A stretch of DNA of 58,122 bases, counting the filler, from Bipalium vagum (lineage: Eukaryota), in assembly GCA_037834085.1 (NCBI GenBank). It is 3 parts of 3 records of this genome, joined end to end, with 100 filler letters (N's around TTAATTAATTAA, not from the genome) between each part and the next. Parts side by side here need not be neighbours in the genome. Positions count along the whole stretch, not along the records: positions 17,811 to 38,580 come from JBBMKC010247098.1; 2 more parts are not named here. The stretch is one strand, 5' to 3'. The position numbers and the translations under genes are program-made. Below, piece by piece: positions 24,839 to 36,271 of the stretch (position 1 is the first letter of the stretch; each line of letters opens with the position of its first letter). Below the pieces are notes generated by a model, which searched no databases, had not been told where the DNA came from, and saw only the letters and a program-made list of their open reading frames with translations.

Positions 24839-25846
24839 AGTGTATTATTGGTATCTGAAACATGTACTTCCTGGAAGGTGTTATAAATCGAGTAATGAAT
24901 AGATGTAAGTAGAAATATCTATTTATTTCCAAACCTTCAAAATCGAAGTTTTTTGTTTATTAGACTGATAGTTAAAGATTGTAATAGCTTTTGGTTATTT
25001 ATTATTTTATGGTTTTGTTTTACGGTATCATTTTTTTATTATCAGATAAATTTATTTTAAAGATCCTTTACTGTTCTAAAAAAAAGTACAATAAAGTTTT
25101 TATATCGTTATTTTATTTAAATTTGACAGCTTTGGAATGCAGTGCCAAGTTGATCAAAGACACCAAATATGATATCGACTTAAAAGGTCAAAATGTGAAC
25201 CAGTTATTTAACATAGTATCTAATATAGAATCTTAGTGGCTGATAAAATTTTACAAGTATAAAGTTCAACGATATTTTTATTAATTTTTAACACTCGTGG
25301 AAGCCAAATTTTTAGCATACCTAAAGATGTCATGATTTGAAACTGAATATTGTTAATATAACTTGGACTTTTCCAGCACTATTTATGAGTTAAATCTCAA
25401 ATAAAGGAAAAGGTATTAAAGATGCCTGTGTCTAAAATTTTACCTTCATGCTTAAGATCAACTATATTATTTATATTAGCTTTCGATTACCGCTGGAATC
25501 ATTGATCATCACTTAAAATAGTATAAAAGAACAAAATGAAGATGACAGCAGGAAAAAGTAAAGTCCTTTTTATTCATAATGGTCAAGCTTATCTTTTATA
25601 ACTTCTATAGGAGACATACTGTATTTCTCGTACTTTATATCTCTTAGAATTTGTGTATTATAACTTTTATCTCATAACTAATACCATTCTTATTTCTCTT
25701 ATAAAATGTCTTAGAAGAATTGTTATTCTTATTACCGCATATAATTTCCTTATAAATAATTTTTATTTTTTGAATGTTAAAAAAATATACATTAAAAGAA
25801 TATATTATATATAATAAATATTATATTATATTATATTATTTCTCAG

Positions 25847-28800
25847 AATGATTATTTACGAGATTTATATGGGTCGATATCCAAATACTAAGAATGAAGT
25901 ATATGAATATGCTAATGATATTTGTGCAGGGAAAAGACCAGAAATCAAAGAAATGCGAGCATCAAATATTGTAAAGGTAACTTATTATCATAATTTTTAT
26001 TTTATTTATTAAATGATATATCCAAATATTTTTACCATCAAGAGGTATAATACGTATACCTTCAGATTATACATATTATATATACAGATTACATATATCT
26101 AACACGTAAGATAGTCGATTCTGTCTATCAATTTTTGAGTTACTCTCTTTACCACTCAAAAGTTTATTATATTTTTGATTTTAACCAATATTGATATTTA
26201 CATTTATCTTTCCTCTTATTCTTAAATATATATCTGTCGATTACACATCTCAACCTATCATCTTATTGCCCACCATATCTTTCAACTGATTACAATACTT
26301 CATGTCTGGTTTGAACTCCAGTCTCAGCTAGTTCCTTAGCACTTGGACTCTGAACCTTTCGTACAAAATAACAGTTTTCTAATTTTTATAATTTGCATTC
26401 CTTAGGTCACACTCAACTGATCATTTTTTAAAATGTATAGACTTCCTATTGTCCTTATGTAAAATTTTCTCCTTATTTTTGTTGGTTTATTTTTGTATTT
26501 ATCTAATTATTATTTTAAAATATTTTTATTTTTAACTTAAAATATTTAAAGTTTTCTTCTGCAGTGCCATCTAATTTAAATGTAACTTCTTTAAATAAAA
26601 AATAAATATTAAATCTTAATATTATTTTTTTTACTACTGAAAATCTTAATAAAACATGTTTTCCACATCAGATAAATGTTTAGTTACCACCTTTAAATAC
26701 TTTAAATTATTTTACATAAAATTTTAAAGGACCAAATATCACAATTATATTTTTTCCTTTTAAAGAAGTATAAATAAAATATTTTTCAATTTTTATTTCA
26801 TTATTTTTTCAAATGAAATGTGACTATTTTTATTTTTGAATTTTAAGTGCATCAATATTTTCCCAATTTTCAAAGTGAAAAAATCGATAAATTTGTAAAA
26901 GTATATATAAATATTAATTAATAAATATCATTATTTTAAATAAAAACTGAAAAAAGAATAAGATTTTGATAAATGAAGAGATTGAACCATCGAAGTAAAT
27001 TAGTTCTATATAAACATAAATATAAAATAAATAATTTTTTATGTATTTAAACAAAATTCATATTTTTAACAATATGAACTTTTATGACAATAAGACTTTT
27101 AATGTTTAATGTAATCTCAAAATTACAATGCTTATTTCATTTGATATCAGAATTACGAAAACTTAAAAAGACATTTTATCTTTGAAATTATTCCTCGTTA
27201 GAATTAATTAAAGAAAATTTCGAAGACAATAATGACTTTATCTTTTAACGATTATCCGTTAGTTTGAATCGAAATTTCTCACGTGGTTTTGTTTCTATTA
27301 TTTCATCTAAAGAATTATAAATAGACATATCAAGAAATAACTTTAAATTTTGTAATATAAACGATATTCAAAAAGGTTTAATCTTGAATCAAAATTTTTA
27401 TTATTCTTTCAATCTCAAAATCAGATATACGTGGTGACGTCAAAAAATACCCGGATTAACATACTTAGATGTGTGCATCAGCAAAAAAATTACGTTAAAA
27501 AAAAACAGTGGTTGATGACCATTTCCTAACTAACATAATTACGGAGGATGAAACCCCCTTATCTCTCTACCTACCTGAAGATCGCCGTTTATCTCAAGAG
27601 TAAACATTTCCAGAAGAAACAGAAACTAGAATATCTAGGAACATCTCACCGTAAAACATTGATGTTAACCATCTTTTGGGATGCTACTGGGATGATCCAC
27701 ATCGATTTTGCAGATAAAGATGTCAAAATTAATGCAGCCTATTCTGCGAAACTAGTAAGCCTCGTGGTCAACAGCTTTACTTTCTTCTTGACAATGACCA
27801 ATCCATACCGCTCAACAATTGAGCTAATTTCAATGGTCACACTTCCACATCCATCTTATAGCCCAGATTTGGCACCCAGCGACTTTTGGCTTTTTCGTCA
27901 TTTACAGCGACATTTACAATGACAGCGCTTTACAAATAAGGAAGATTTGAGCCATGCAACAGTCGATTTTCTCAACGCACAACCATCTCAATTCTACAAA
28001 AAGGTTTTCTCCAACTCGCTGAACTATGGCGCAAATGTGTGGAAAGTGAAGGGAGTTATATTGAAAAACTTTGTATATTTTGTTATTATCGCAGTAGATA
28101 AAACTTAGATATTTTCTCTCTCAATTTCCAGAGAAAAAATTTGAGATTCGGAGTTTAAAACATATTTTAATTTCTTTTTAATAATAAATCAAAATTCTAA
28201 ATTTGTCTGCGATCCGACATAAGATAATATATTCTCGGGAATGTAATATATTTCAGCGATATAATTGATCATTAGTCATCCTTTCAAAAGATAATTCTCT
28301 GGTCGATCTAACCGATTTTTCTTTATTAATTTTAATTAAAAAAAGAAAATTATCTCCTAATTCCGACTTCGGTTTTTTTCTTAGAAAATATTTTTTATCG
28401 TTTCAATGACAAATGCAAAATAATTAACTATGTTCAATTCATTGCGTCAATGGAGATTACCAGACCCATGTCCGATTTCAGGAATTGATGTGGTTAACTA
28501 TAAATCCTGTTGTACTCAAATGCATTTAGTTTCAGGTTGACAAGAAAGTAATTTCGTGTTTTATTGATTAATCAAAATCAAATTTTTTATTCATCAAATT
28601 ATCACAATTATCCATGACCTTTAACCATCTTTCAAGTAGCAATTCTCTCCCCCTTGCATAGAAGGTCTCACTTTTTGAATCAAAAAATTGGTACACTGTA
28701 CTTTTGATATTCTCCTCTGCACTAAATGAATTGCTATCTGATGGCGCAATGTCTGGACTATATGGTAGATGTGGCAGAATCTCCCAGCCAAATTGTACCA

Positions 28801-31800
28801 AATTGTACAGCCATTGCGACATGATGTTATCGGGCTGCAGAAAAAAACTTTTCCTGTTAGGTAATACTGAACGTGTGTCCATGACTTTTTAACTTAAACG
28901 GAACAATTAAGCACATTATACCTCAGCAGTGATGATATCACCTTTAGGAAGAAATTCATAATCGACTTGACCTCGTTTGTCCCACCAGATGCACACCATT
29001 CTATTTTGTACATGATTAATTGGCTTTGCAATAGACAGTGACGGTTGATCAATTAAGCAATAGGCTTGTTTACGAACCACGATTAACAGGAATTGTTTAA
29101 TAAGACTCACTTTTTTTGACATTTTCTCAATTAATTTACTGTACTATGACAACCTACTAATGTTCAGCAGTGCTTTAATACATAAGGCACTTTAGACTGG
29201 CTGGGAAATCTGAGACACGGCTATTTTTGTTCTAGCCTCGCTCAACATTACTTCCAACACATTTCTGATTGTAAGAGTTATACCATAATTTTGTCTCTTA
29301 ATGTGTAAACAATTTTTTAGAATAAAAACCAAAAACGATATTGATTGCGATTGTTATTTTAGACTATTGCTAAAACGTGAGCATCAATGTATTGATAATT
29401 GAACTTGATTTTTACTCTTATTTTTGATCCACAACGTTGTATGAGAAATTTTTTTTAAATTTCCACATTTGTACTCAGTAATAATTAAATCTTGGTATCA
29501 AAACTCATCCATCATAATCAATCATAAAATAACATTTTCGATAATTTTCTTTGTTAAATTCTTTACTACTGAATAATTTTGATTTTGCCCTGAACCAAGA
29601 TAAGAGAATTTTTGACACTATCTTTTTTCTAAATTCTATTATTGTGTCAAAAGATTTATCAAGTATTAGTGGACTTGGGAATTGAATTTCGTGTTTCAAA
29701 AGCTAATGTTTTTTCAAATATTTTATGTAATACATTGGAACACATTCAAAATAATAGACATAGAATTCTAGAAAAATATCATCTGAATTTCAAGCTTTAA
29801 ATTATAATTTTAGATGGTGAACATTCAAAAAAATACAAAAAGTATAAAAAAAAATCTCAAAGAAAGGTTTAGACGTGCTCATGTTCAGCAATCAATTTAA
29901 TTTTTAGTTACTATATCAATAAAAAGTAATCAATTTAATCAATTCACCTAAACTAAGTTATCCCTCTTCGATTTTCAAGTATTTTATACATGCTTACAGG
30001 AAGACTTAAAACAGAATTTTTACGTAATAAATGGTTTATTAAAACAACAAAGTTAAGAAAACATCAAGTATTTATTTATAACGAAAATCATAAATAACTG
30101 TTGGTAGGGTGCTCACCAAAAAGAAACTTTTATAGTTGGTAATTTCAGCACATTTCTTTAAAAAATAATTTTGTAATTTAACAATAAATCAATATATTTA
30201 TCAGGATTCACATAAATGTGATCAATCAAGACATATTTCTACTTATGAATGCACGGTGTTTATCCTCCATAGTTTTTTTCCATGACTGTCGTCAGCCTTT
30301 GATTTTCGTAATTTTCTTCTTCTTTGATACGATCACTTTTCGCACCTTTCTGCAATAAGTAGACCACAGTTTTAAGTGTGAGTTTATATCTTGTCAAGCA
30401 TCTCTTTAGTTCTTTATAAATATATTTGTGTAACTTTTCTTTGTTTTCGTTTTAGAGTTTTCTGTACAAGGTACCCCACAAAAGCCACCAACTTTTAAAA
30501 TCAAGAAAAAATATTTTTTTAAATTCTTTTTTAACTTGTTTTAATTATTATTCAATGTGTAATTTATAAATGTTCAGCATAAAGTTGTTATATTAAAGAA
30601 TAAGCATCGAACTTATGAAAAAGTTTAATAAGATGAATTTTTACCAGAAATAACTTAAAATCAATGAAGGACTGTTGTAAACGTTCTCAAAAGTGAATGA
30701 TTTCCAAGTGATAAGAAGCTCAGAACTGGGTTTGGTACAAGGATGCAAATTGATTATGTTACTAGCAAAGTGTTTTAATACTTTCTATAACACAAAAGAT
30801 GTCACCAAAACATTTATAAAATTATCAAAATGCATCTACATGTATCTGCAACTCAACTTATCATAGGGCACATTGCTTCACATTCTCAAAAAATCAAAAC
30901 TGAGTGCTTTTATACTAGAGAATTAAATGCAATTCTCAAAATGATTTACAAAATTAAGTTCAATAAAAAATGCAAATCAATACTAAAACTCTTCATGAAA
31001 AAGGAAAATGGAAACAGTCTTGAGTTTCGAAGGAGTTACATTTCTATCTTCATTCACTACTTACTTTTCAAAATGATCGCATTTATAGAGGTGTAAAAGT
31101 CAAAACAGGCATGTCAAAGTATGATATTGATAAACAACCTGCACCCATTTTTTATTCTGCAATATCCAATATACATTGAGACAATACTCTGCTTTATTGA
31201 AGGGCTTACTGTTGGACTAGATCTTCCTCAATACAAGAAAAAGATTAATGTTCACAAAGATTAAATGTACCACAAATGTTTAAAAATATCAATGAGATAA
31301 TGAATGTACATGTAATAGAATGTCCATTCTAATCTCCACACAGCTACAAGCTTATTTTATGGTTCAGAGAAAATATATCTTGCTTGAAAACCTAGGATTG
31401 AATTTTATCATTACTGGTGTTCTATTACATCATTTTCAGTTACATAAAGTTAGGTACTGATACCTAAAAACGCTGTTGACTGGAATATTAACTCAATTGA
31501 GATTATTCTAAGATCGACCAGGTATTGGTTATAATGTCTGTGTTTTTGTTTATTTGCTCATGAAGATCCATTTGAACATCAAAGATGATTTCAAAATAAC
31601 CATCAATAAATTAATTAGTCTTAACATTCACCCTACTAAATTTGATGGTTTTTTGTTGTGCACCTGCACATGGATAATTTTTCTTTTGTTTTAAAAAAAA
31701 ATCAATCTTCTAAAATCTCCTTCTTTTCTACGTGTATTTGAGATATTTCTCAATCTAGAATTTAATATCAAACAAAAAACAATTTTCTCAATAAGTTTCC

Positions 31801-34758
31801 TTTATAAGTATTTTAAAAATGTTCATATTGATTTAGGATTTAAAGAACAGTTATCTTAAGAAAAATTAATTTTCCAAATCTTCAAAAATTGAAAAATAAA
31901 TTGAAGATAAAATACTCTCAGTAATTTTGCTGGATAATAAACTGGTCCCTTGATAGTGAAAGAGGAATAAGATTATGTTTTAGATTCATTTTATTACACG
32001 ATAGACAACAATGCACTTTTTAGAAAATGACAGGCGTTATCCTATTATGTATTTTGTTTAGGTAAGGTTGTCAAATCAATTTCACTGTCGTTATCCTTGA
32101 CTAATTAACTAATTTGCCAACATAATTTAGATCTCCCTGTACGTAACAGAATAACATTCCTTTTTATTCCAGTAATCGTCAATTTGAAAGTCAAACAAAA
32201 GTCAATCTTTTAAAAACTGTCTAGTATTAAATTTTTTAATTAGATATGATAAAAAGACAACCAGATCAAAATTTAGACTGGTAATAAAACTTAAAACCTC
32301 TTGTCTGTCTGAATTTACTATAACGAGTGCAGACAGATCATGAGAATTTTTAATTTTAAAATTATAAATTTAATTAAAATCTAATGAATTACTAATAAAT
32401 AACAATAATTATTATTATAAATATTTAATAATTAATTTCAAGTACTTTATTTTAAATTTTAGACTGCCCGTATTTTTATTTAAACTTTCAAAATAATTCA
32501 ATAAGTAATAATTTTACATATTGTTTAAATATACCAAATTAAATTAAATTAATCTCAAATATACATATTGTACTAGTTTAAACTCAATTATAATACATCA
32601 AAGGTAGCTAAAAACAACAATTTTGCATGAATTTAATGCAAAGTCATACTGCCAGGAAATTGAAACGATGCTCAGAACAAACATAATAGGCTGATACACC
32701 GAAATAGACCTATTTTGCTTCACGAAAATGCAATACCACATATTTCTCAAATGACTGCACAGAAATTCCATGAATTATAATATGAAATCTTTCCCAGGAT
32801 CTTTCAACATTAGATTATCAAGCATGTAGAAGATTTTCCGCTTCCAAAATGATATTCAAAAGGACAGCTTTTTGAATCCAGATTTTTTTGGTTTTATCAA
32901 ATTTTAATCAATAAAATGCTATTTCATTGCCCAGAGTTTTTGAACATTAATAGAGAAGATTTTATTAACCGATTTTTAGGACTTATTTCATTTACTACGA
33001 AAATATGACATTCATTCTAGATAGCCTTATACTTACTCCATACCATAAAAAACCGATTTTTTAAAATTAATTATAATAAAATAAGACAAATAGTATTAAT
33101 AAATTTTATTATAACGAATGTGGTACATTAACATTTAAACATTTCTGCTTTATAATTTCCGTCACTATTCCGATCTTGTTCCCACTGGAAGGGATACAAC
33201 TCAAACCAATTCTCATCTATGTCAACATGATCCTACCATTGATGATGAAAATTCTGTTGATACCATTTTAGCCTCATCAATTTTTGGTCATCACTTAACA
33301 AAGGACATGTTCTTCGGGAAATAAGTCTCATTCCTGCTTCTTTGATAATTCTTTGAACATTTGTACGTTGAATCTCGATCTCCTCTACTGGAATAAGTCG
33401 TTTATAAATATTTTATATTCTTTATTTGATCATATTAATTAAATCAACCAATTTATCTTAAAAATGAAACAATTAAGACCTGTATTGTTCAGGTATATCC
33501 AAAGTTTAATTTTTTACCTTCATGATGGCTGGGTTGGTTTATCATTTAAATTAGAGTCATTGGTGATAATATTTTTAAAAAATTATTCCAATCTTTTCAG
33601 AAAAAATATCACTAAAACGATAGATTTAGCTTCTTGGGAATTGTACAGTATAATCTCTTTATTTGTAGGCTCTTTTTCAATAGAACGCTGGTCTTTGATA
33701 TTGATAATGAATAAGATAGATGATAATTATGGGTAATTAATTTTGACAAGAGATAACTTTCGCTACTGATCCTTATCTTCTGATCGTTTAATTCAATGTT
33801 TAACTTGAATAATATTGATTGAGACTGTTCATTTCCTTTCCACAAAATATTCTTGGTTTTAATTAGTTTCTTGTCTTTGTTACTGAGGTGTTAATTTCTG
33901 AAATTTTATGGAATATATTATTTTTTTATAAAATAGTGACATTGATGGTATAGATAAAAAGTTATTAGTCTTCTACAGAGATTATGCTAAGATGTTTCCA
34001 GCATGTTCTGTGCATTCTTCTGCTTAAATTAATTCTAGTAGGCAGCTCTGTCTGGGTAATCTGTATCTCGTCTTTTTAATAATTTTTAATTTTTCGAATT
34101 TCTCCTCGCAAAGTCAAATGGTCGTCCACTTCTTTCTTCATCAAACACATTGTTCCAGCCAAAAGAAAATTCTCTGATCCAATTATAAATAGTAGGCTTG
34201 CATGCGGCTTTATGTTCATGTTTCATATCGCTGACAAATAACTTCCTTCTTTTTTGTCCTGCTCAAAACCAAAAACGATAAGCTAAAAAATTTTACATTC
34301 AGATAAAGATTAACAAATTTTTATTTTATCCCGAACTACTATCCTCTTTTCATTAATTAATGCAGAGAAGTGAGTTTTACGGAGAGTATTCGACTGAGCT
34401 AAATAATTAATTTTAATTATCTTGTTACCTTCTTTTAATCAGAACGAATTTTCGGTTGTCTGTGCTTTTCAAGAATTTTGGTTAAAAACTAAACTATAAT
34501 GTACACTAAAAACTTTTGTTATTTAAATTCAATTTACTTTGCAGAATATTATTCGAGAATGCTGGTCTCATGACCCCCTGGCGAGGCCCGAGTTTTCTGA
34601 TATTTCTCGAGAATTAATGAAACGAGTAAATTAATAAAGAGCATCACAAGTGATCACAATATTTCATTTTAAATGTTCAGGATACGGCCAGAAAAAGACA
34701 TAGTTCTTCCGTTCCGGGGAATTTAAACTATGATATTACCTTCCGTTGCAATTATTGA
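25847..34758 (+). CDS. Raf/KSR-like TKL protein kinase, 3' part only (subdomains IX-XI plus tail)
   Basis: Exon 25847-25976 (MIIYEIYMGRYPNTKNEVYEYANDICAGKRPEIKEMRASNIVK), exon 34545-34625 (NIIRECWSHDPLARPEFSDISRELMKR) and exon 34681-34758 (DTARKRHSSSVPGNLNYDITFRCNY*); GT-AG and in phase. CWxxDPxxRP is the TK/TKL subdomain XI signature, and the tail resembles Raf RSASEPSLN. No upstream exons were found in this contig. Confidence 0.8.
27428..28090 (+). mobile_element. Internally deleted mariner relic in kinase intron
   Basis: Motifs LMLTIFWDATGMIHIDF, HPSYSPDLAPSDFWLFRHL and ELWRKCVESEGSYIEK; TIR-like start TACGTGGTGACGTCAAAAAATACCCGGATT. Confidence 0.85.
28531..29260 (-). mobile_element. Mariner relic (3' two-thirds)
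   Basis: Motifs RMVCIWWDKRGQVDYEFLPKGDIITAE, FGWEILPHLPYSPDIAPSD and LLERWLKV; TIR TCAGGTTGACAAGAAAGTAATTTCG at 28532. Confidence 0.88.
32640..32990 (+). mobile_element. Mariner C-terminal relic (Hsmar1/cecropia-like)
   Basis: RLIHRNRPILLHENAIPHISQMTAQKFHEL*YEIFP (cf. LVNRKGPILLHDNARPH...LQKLNELGYE). Confidence 0.7.
33160..33400 (-). mobile_element. IS630/Tc1/mariner fragment with HVDIDENWF motif
   Basis: Minus frame VQRIIKEAGMRLISRRTCPLLSDDQKLMRLKWYQQNFHHQW*DHVDIDENWFELY, i.e. the linker plus first catalytic Asp. Confidence 0.65.
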
Positions 34759-35379
34759 TATTTCAGATATCATTCATGATCATTTCTCTGTGGCCTTTAA
34801 ATTAATTTTATTTGTTTCTTGATACAAATATTTTTTTATTTTTTGACAATGTAAATGTGATAAATCTGTGAACTTCACTTTGTCCTGTTTGTAACCAAAA
34901 AACATGTAGACGTAAACAATGTGATACTTATCGACTTTAGATCTAGATCAATTTTATGGTATTTTTTTATAAAATTTATTGACTGCTGAAAAGTAGGAAA
35001 ATAGATCACATATTTAAATTGTTTGTTGAGGAATGTTTATTTGAACACTTATTTTTATTTTTGTCAATTATTTTAACAATTGTGTACAAGAAAAAATTTT
35101 TTTTGGTTATCTCTGAAATTCATTTTACGATATGTAAATATTGGGCCTGGCTCTTACAAAAGTTTCACTGGGCTTGAACTTCTCCATGTCCAAAACACTT
35201 ATTAATGCCATTATTTGTTTCCATGTTCACAAGTTTTTCCATAAGAGTTTTTGTCTTTCATTGATATATCATTTTGAATATTTTAATAAATTCTTCCATT
35301 TATTATTTTGAATTCCAAAGATTCTCTTACAAATAGAGAATTGACAACAATATAAGATTGAGAGATTGTACTGAATTTT

Positions 35380-36271
35380 ATGCGTATGTGTTCAGGTTGA
35401 TTATTTTTAATACATTTAAAAGTATATTGTGAGACAATAAATTTTAACTAATCATCTTTTTCTTTTTAATATATTAATTAATTAATTGGTCAAAAATCTT
35501 ATTTCTGCACCGACATTTCGAATAAAATTTACTATATTTGTAGCCCGATTGGAAAGGGTTGTAATTCTCATCCTTGGTGAAATGGATGACAAAACTTTAA
35601 ATAATAATGCTATGATTATAGTTGTAGTTTTTCATCAAGAACGTATAATGTATATTAAGACCCTTAAAGTGCATAATGAAAAGGCGAAATAATAATTAAT
35701 GCTCGGATTAGTGGATATTCAATCAAGTTTCCCTTCTGTCTGAGAGGCAGGTGTTAAGATTAATTTTAATTTAATCCATCAAAACAGATTTTCAATAATG
35801 AATCCCGAGGTGCACAAAGATAATAAATCTGATCAGATACAATAATGATAATCGAAGATCCTGTTACCAATTATGGAAGGATTGTAAAGATTTATGCAAT
35901 GGAAATATGATTTGATTGAAAGTGTTATTGAACTGCAGAAATTTGTCGATATTTATGTGCCATTAATTAATTGATTTAAATTATTCTTGAACATTCATTT
36001 TTCCTTTAATCTTTTCATTTTGGTTTCTATGACTTGCGAAACTTCTGAGAGATTTTCCAATAAGTTTTTTCGTTATTACATTTTTATTTAATTATAATAG
36101 AAATACTTATATATGTTGGGATCCACAGTGAAATCCACAGTAAATTTGGTAAAAAACCAGTCTGATCAAAAACAAAATTCAAAAATTCCAGAGAACGCTG
36201 ATGAACCTCAGGAACCGATGGAGAGTGACGAAAACTCTCCGAAACCTGTTATTGACATCGGAAACATTTGA
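35380..36271 (+). CDS. Candidate micro-exon gene encoding a ~120-aa protein with an N-terminal hydrophobic (signal-like) segment
   Basis: Stop-free spliced chain 35380-35383, (35423-35428), 35544-35576, 35622-35668, 35712-35750, 35788-35809, 35858-35883, 35939-35956, 36101-36271. All junctions are GT-AG and most introns are 37-55 nt. Ab initio hand model only. Confidence 0.4.

Noticed and set aside
35544-35956. Alternative frame with in-frame TAA/TAG suggesting stop-codon reassignment
   Set aside because: About 1900 codons of the two long genes contain no in-frame TAA/TAG, and a stop-free frame exists for this region.
36198-36245. CTGATGA...GAAAC hammerhead-like core (also 46162-46178)
   Set aside because: Stem II does not follow CUGAUGA directly and stems I/III are absent; the first lies in a probable coding exon.
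36101-36271. This exon as the kinase's terminal exon
   Set aside because: It is in phase with the 34625 donor, but a closer 55-nt intron yields a Raf-like tail with its own stop. It remains only a possible alternative last exon.
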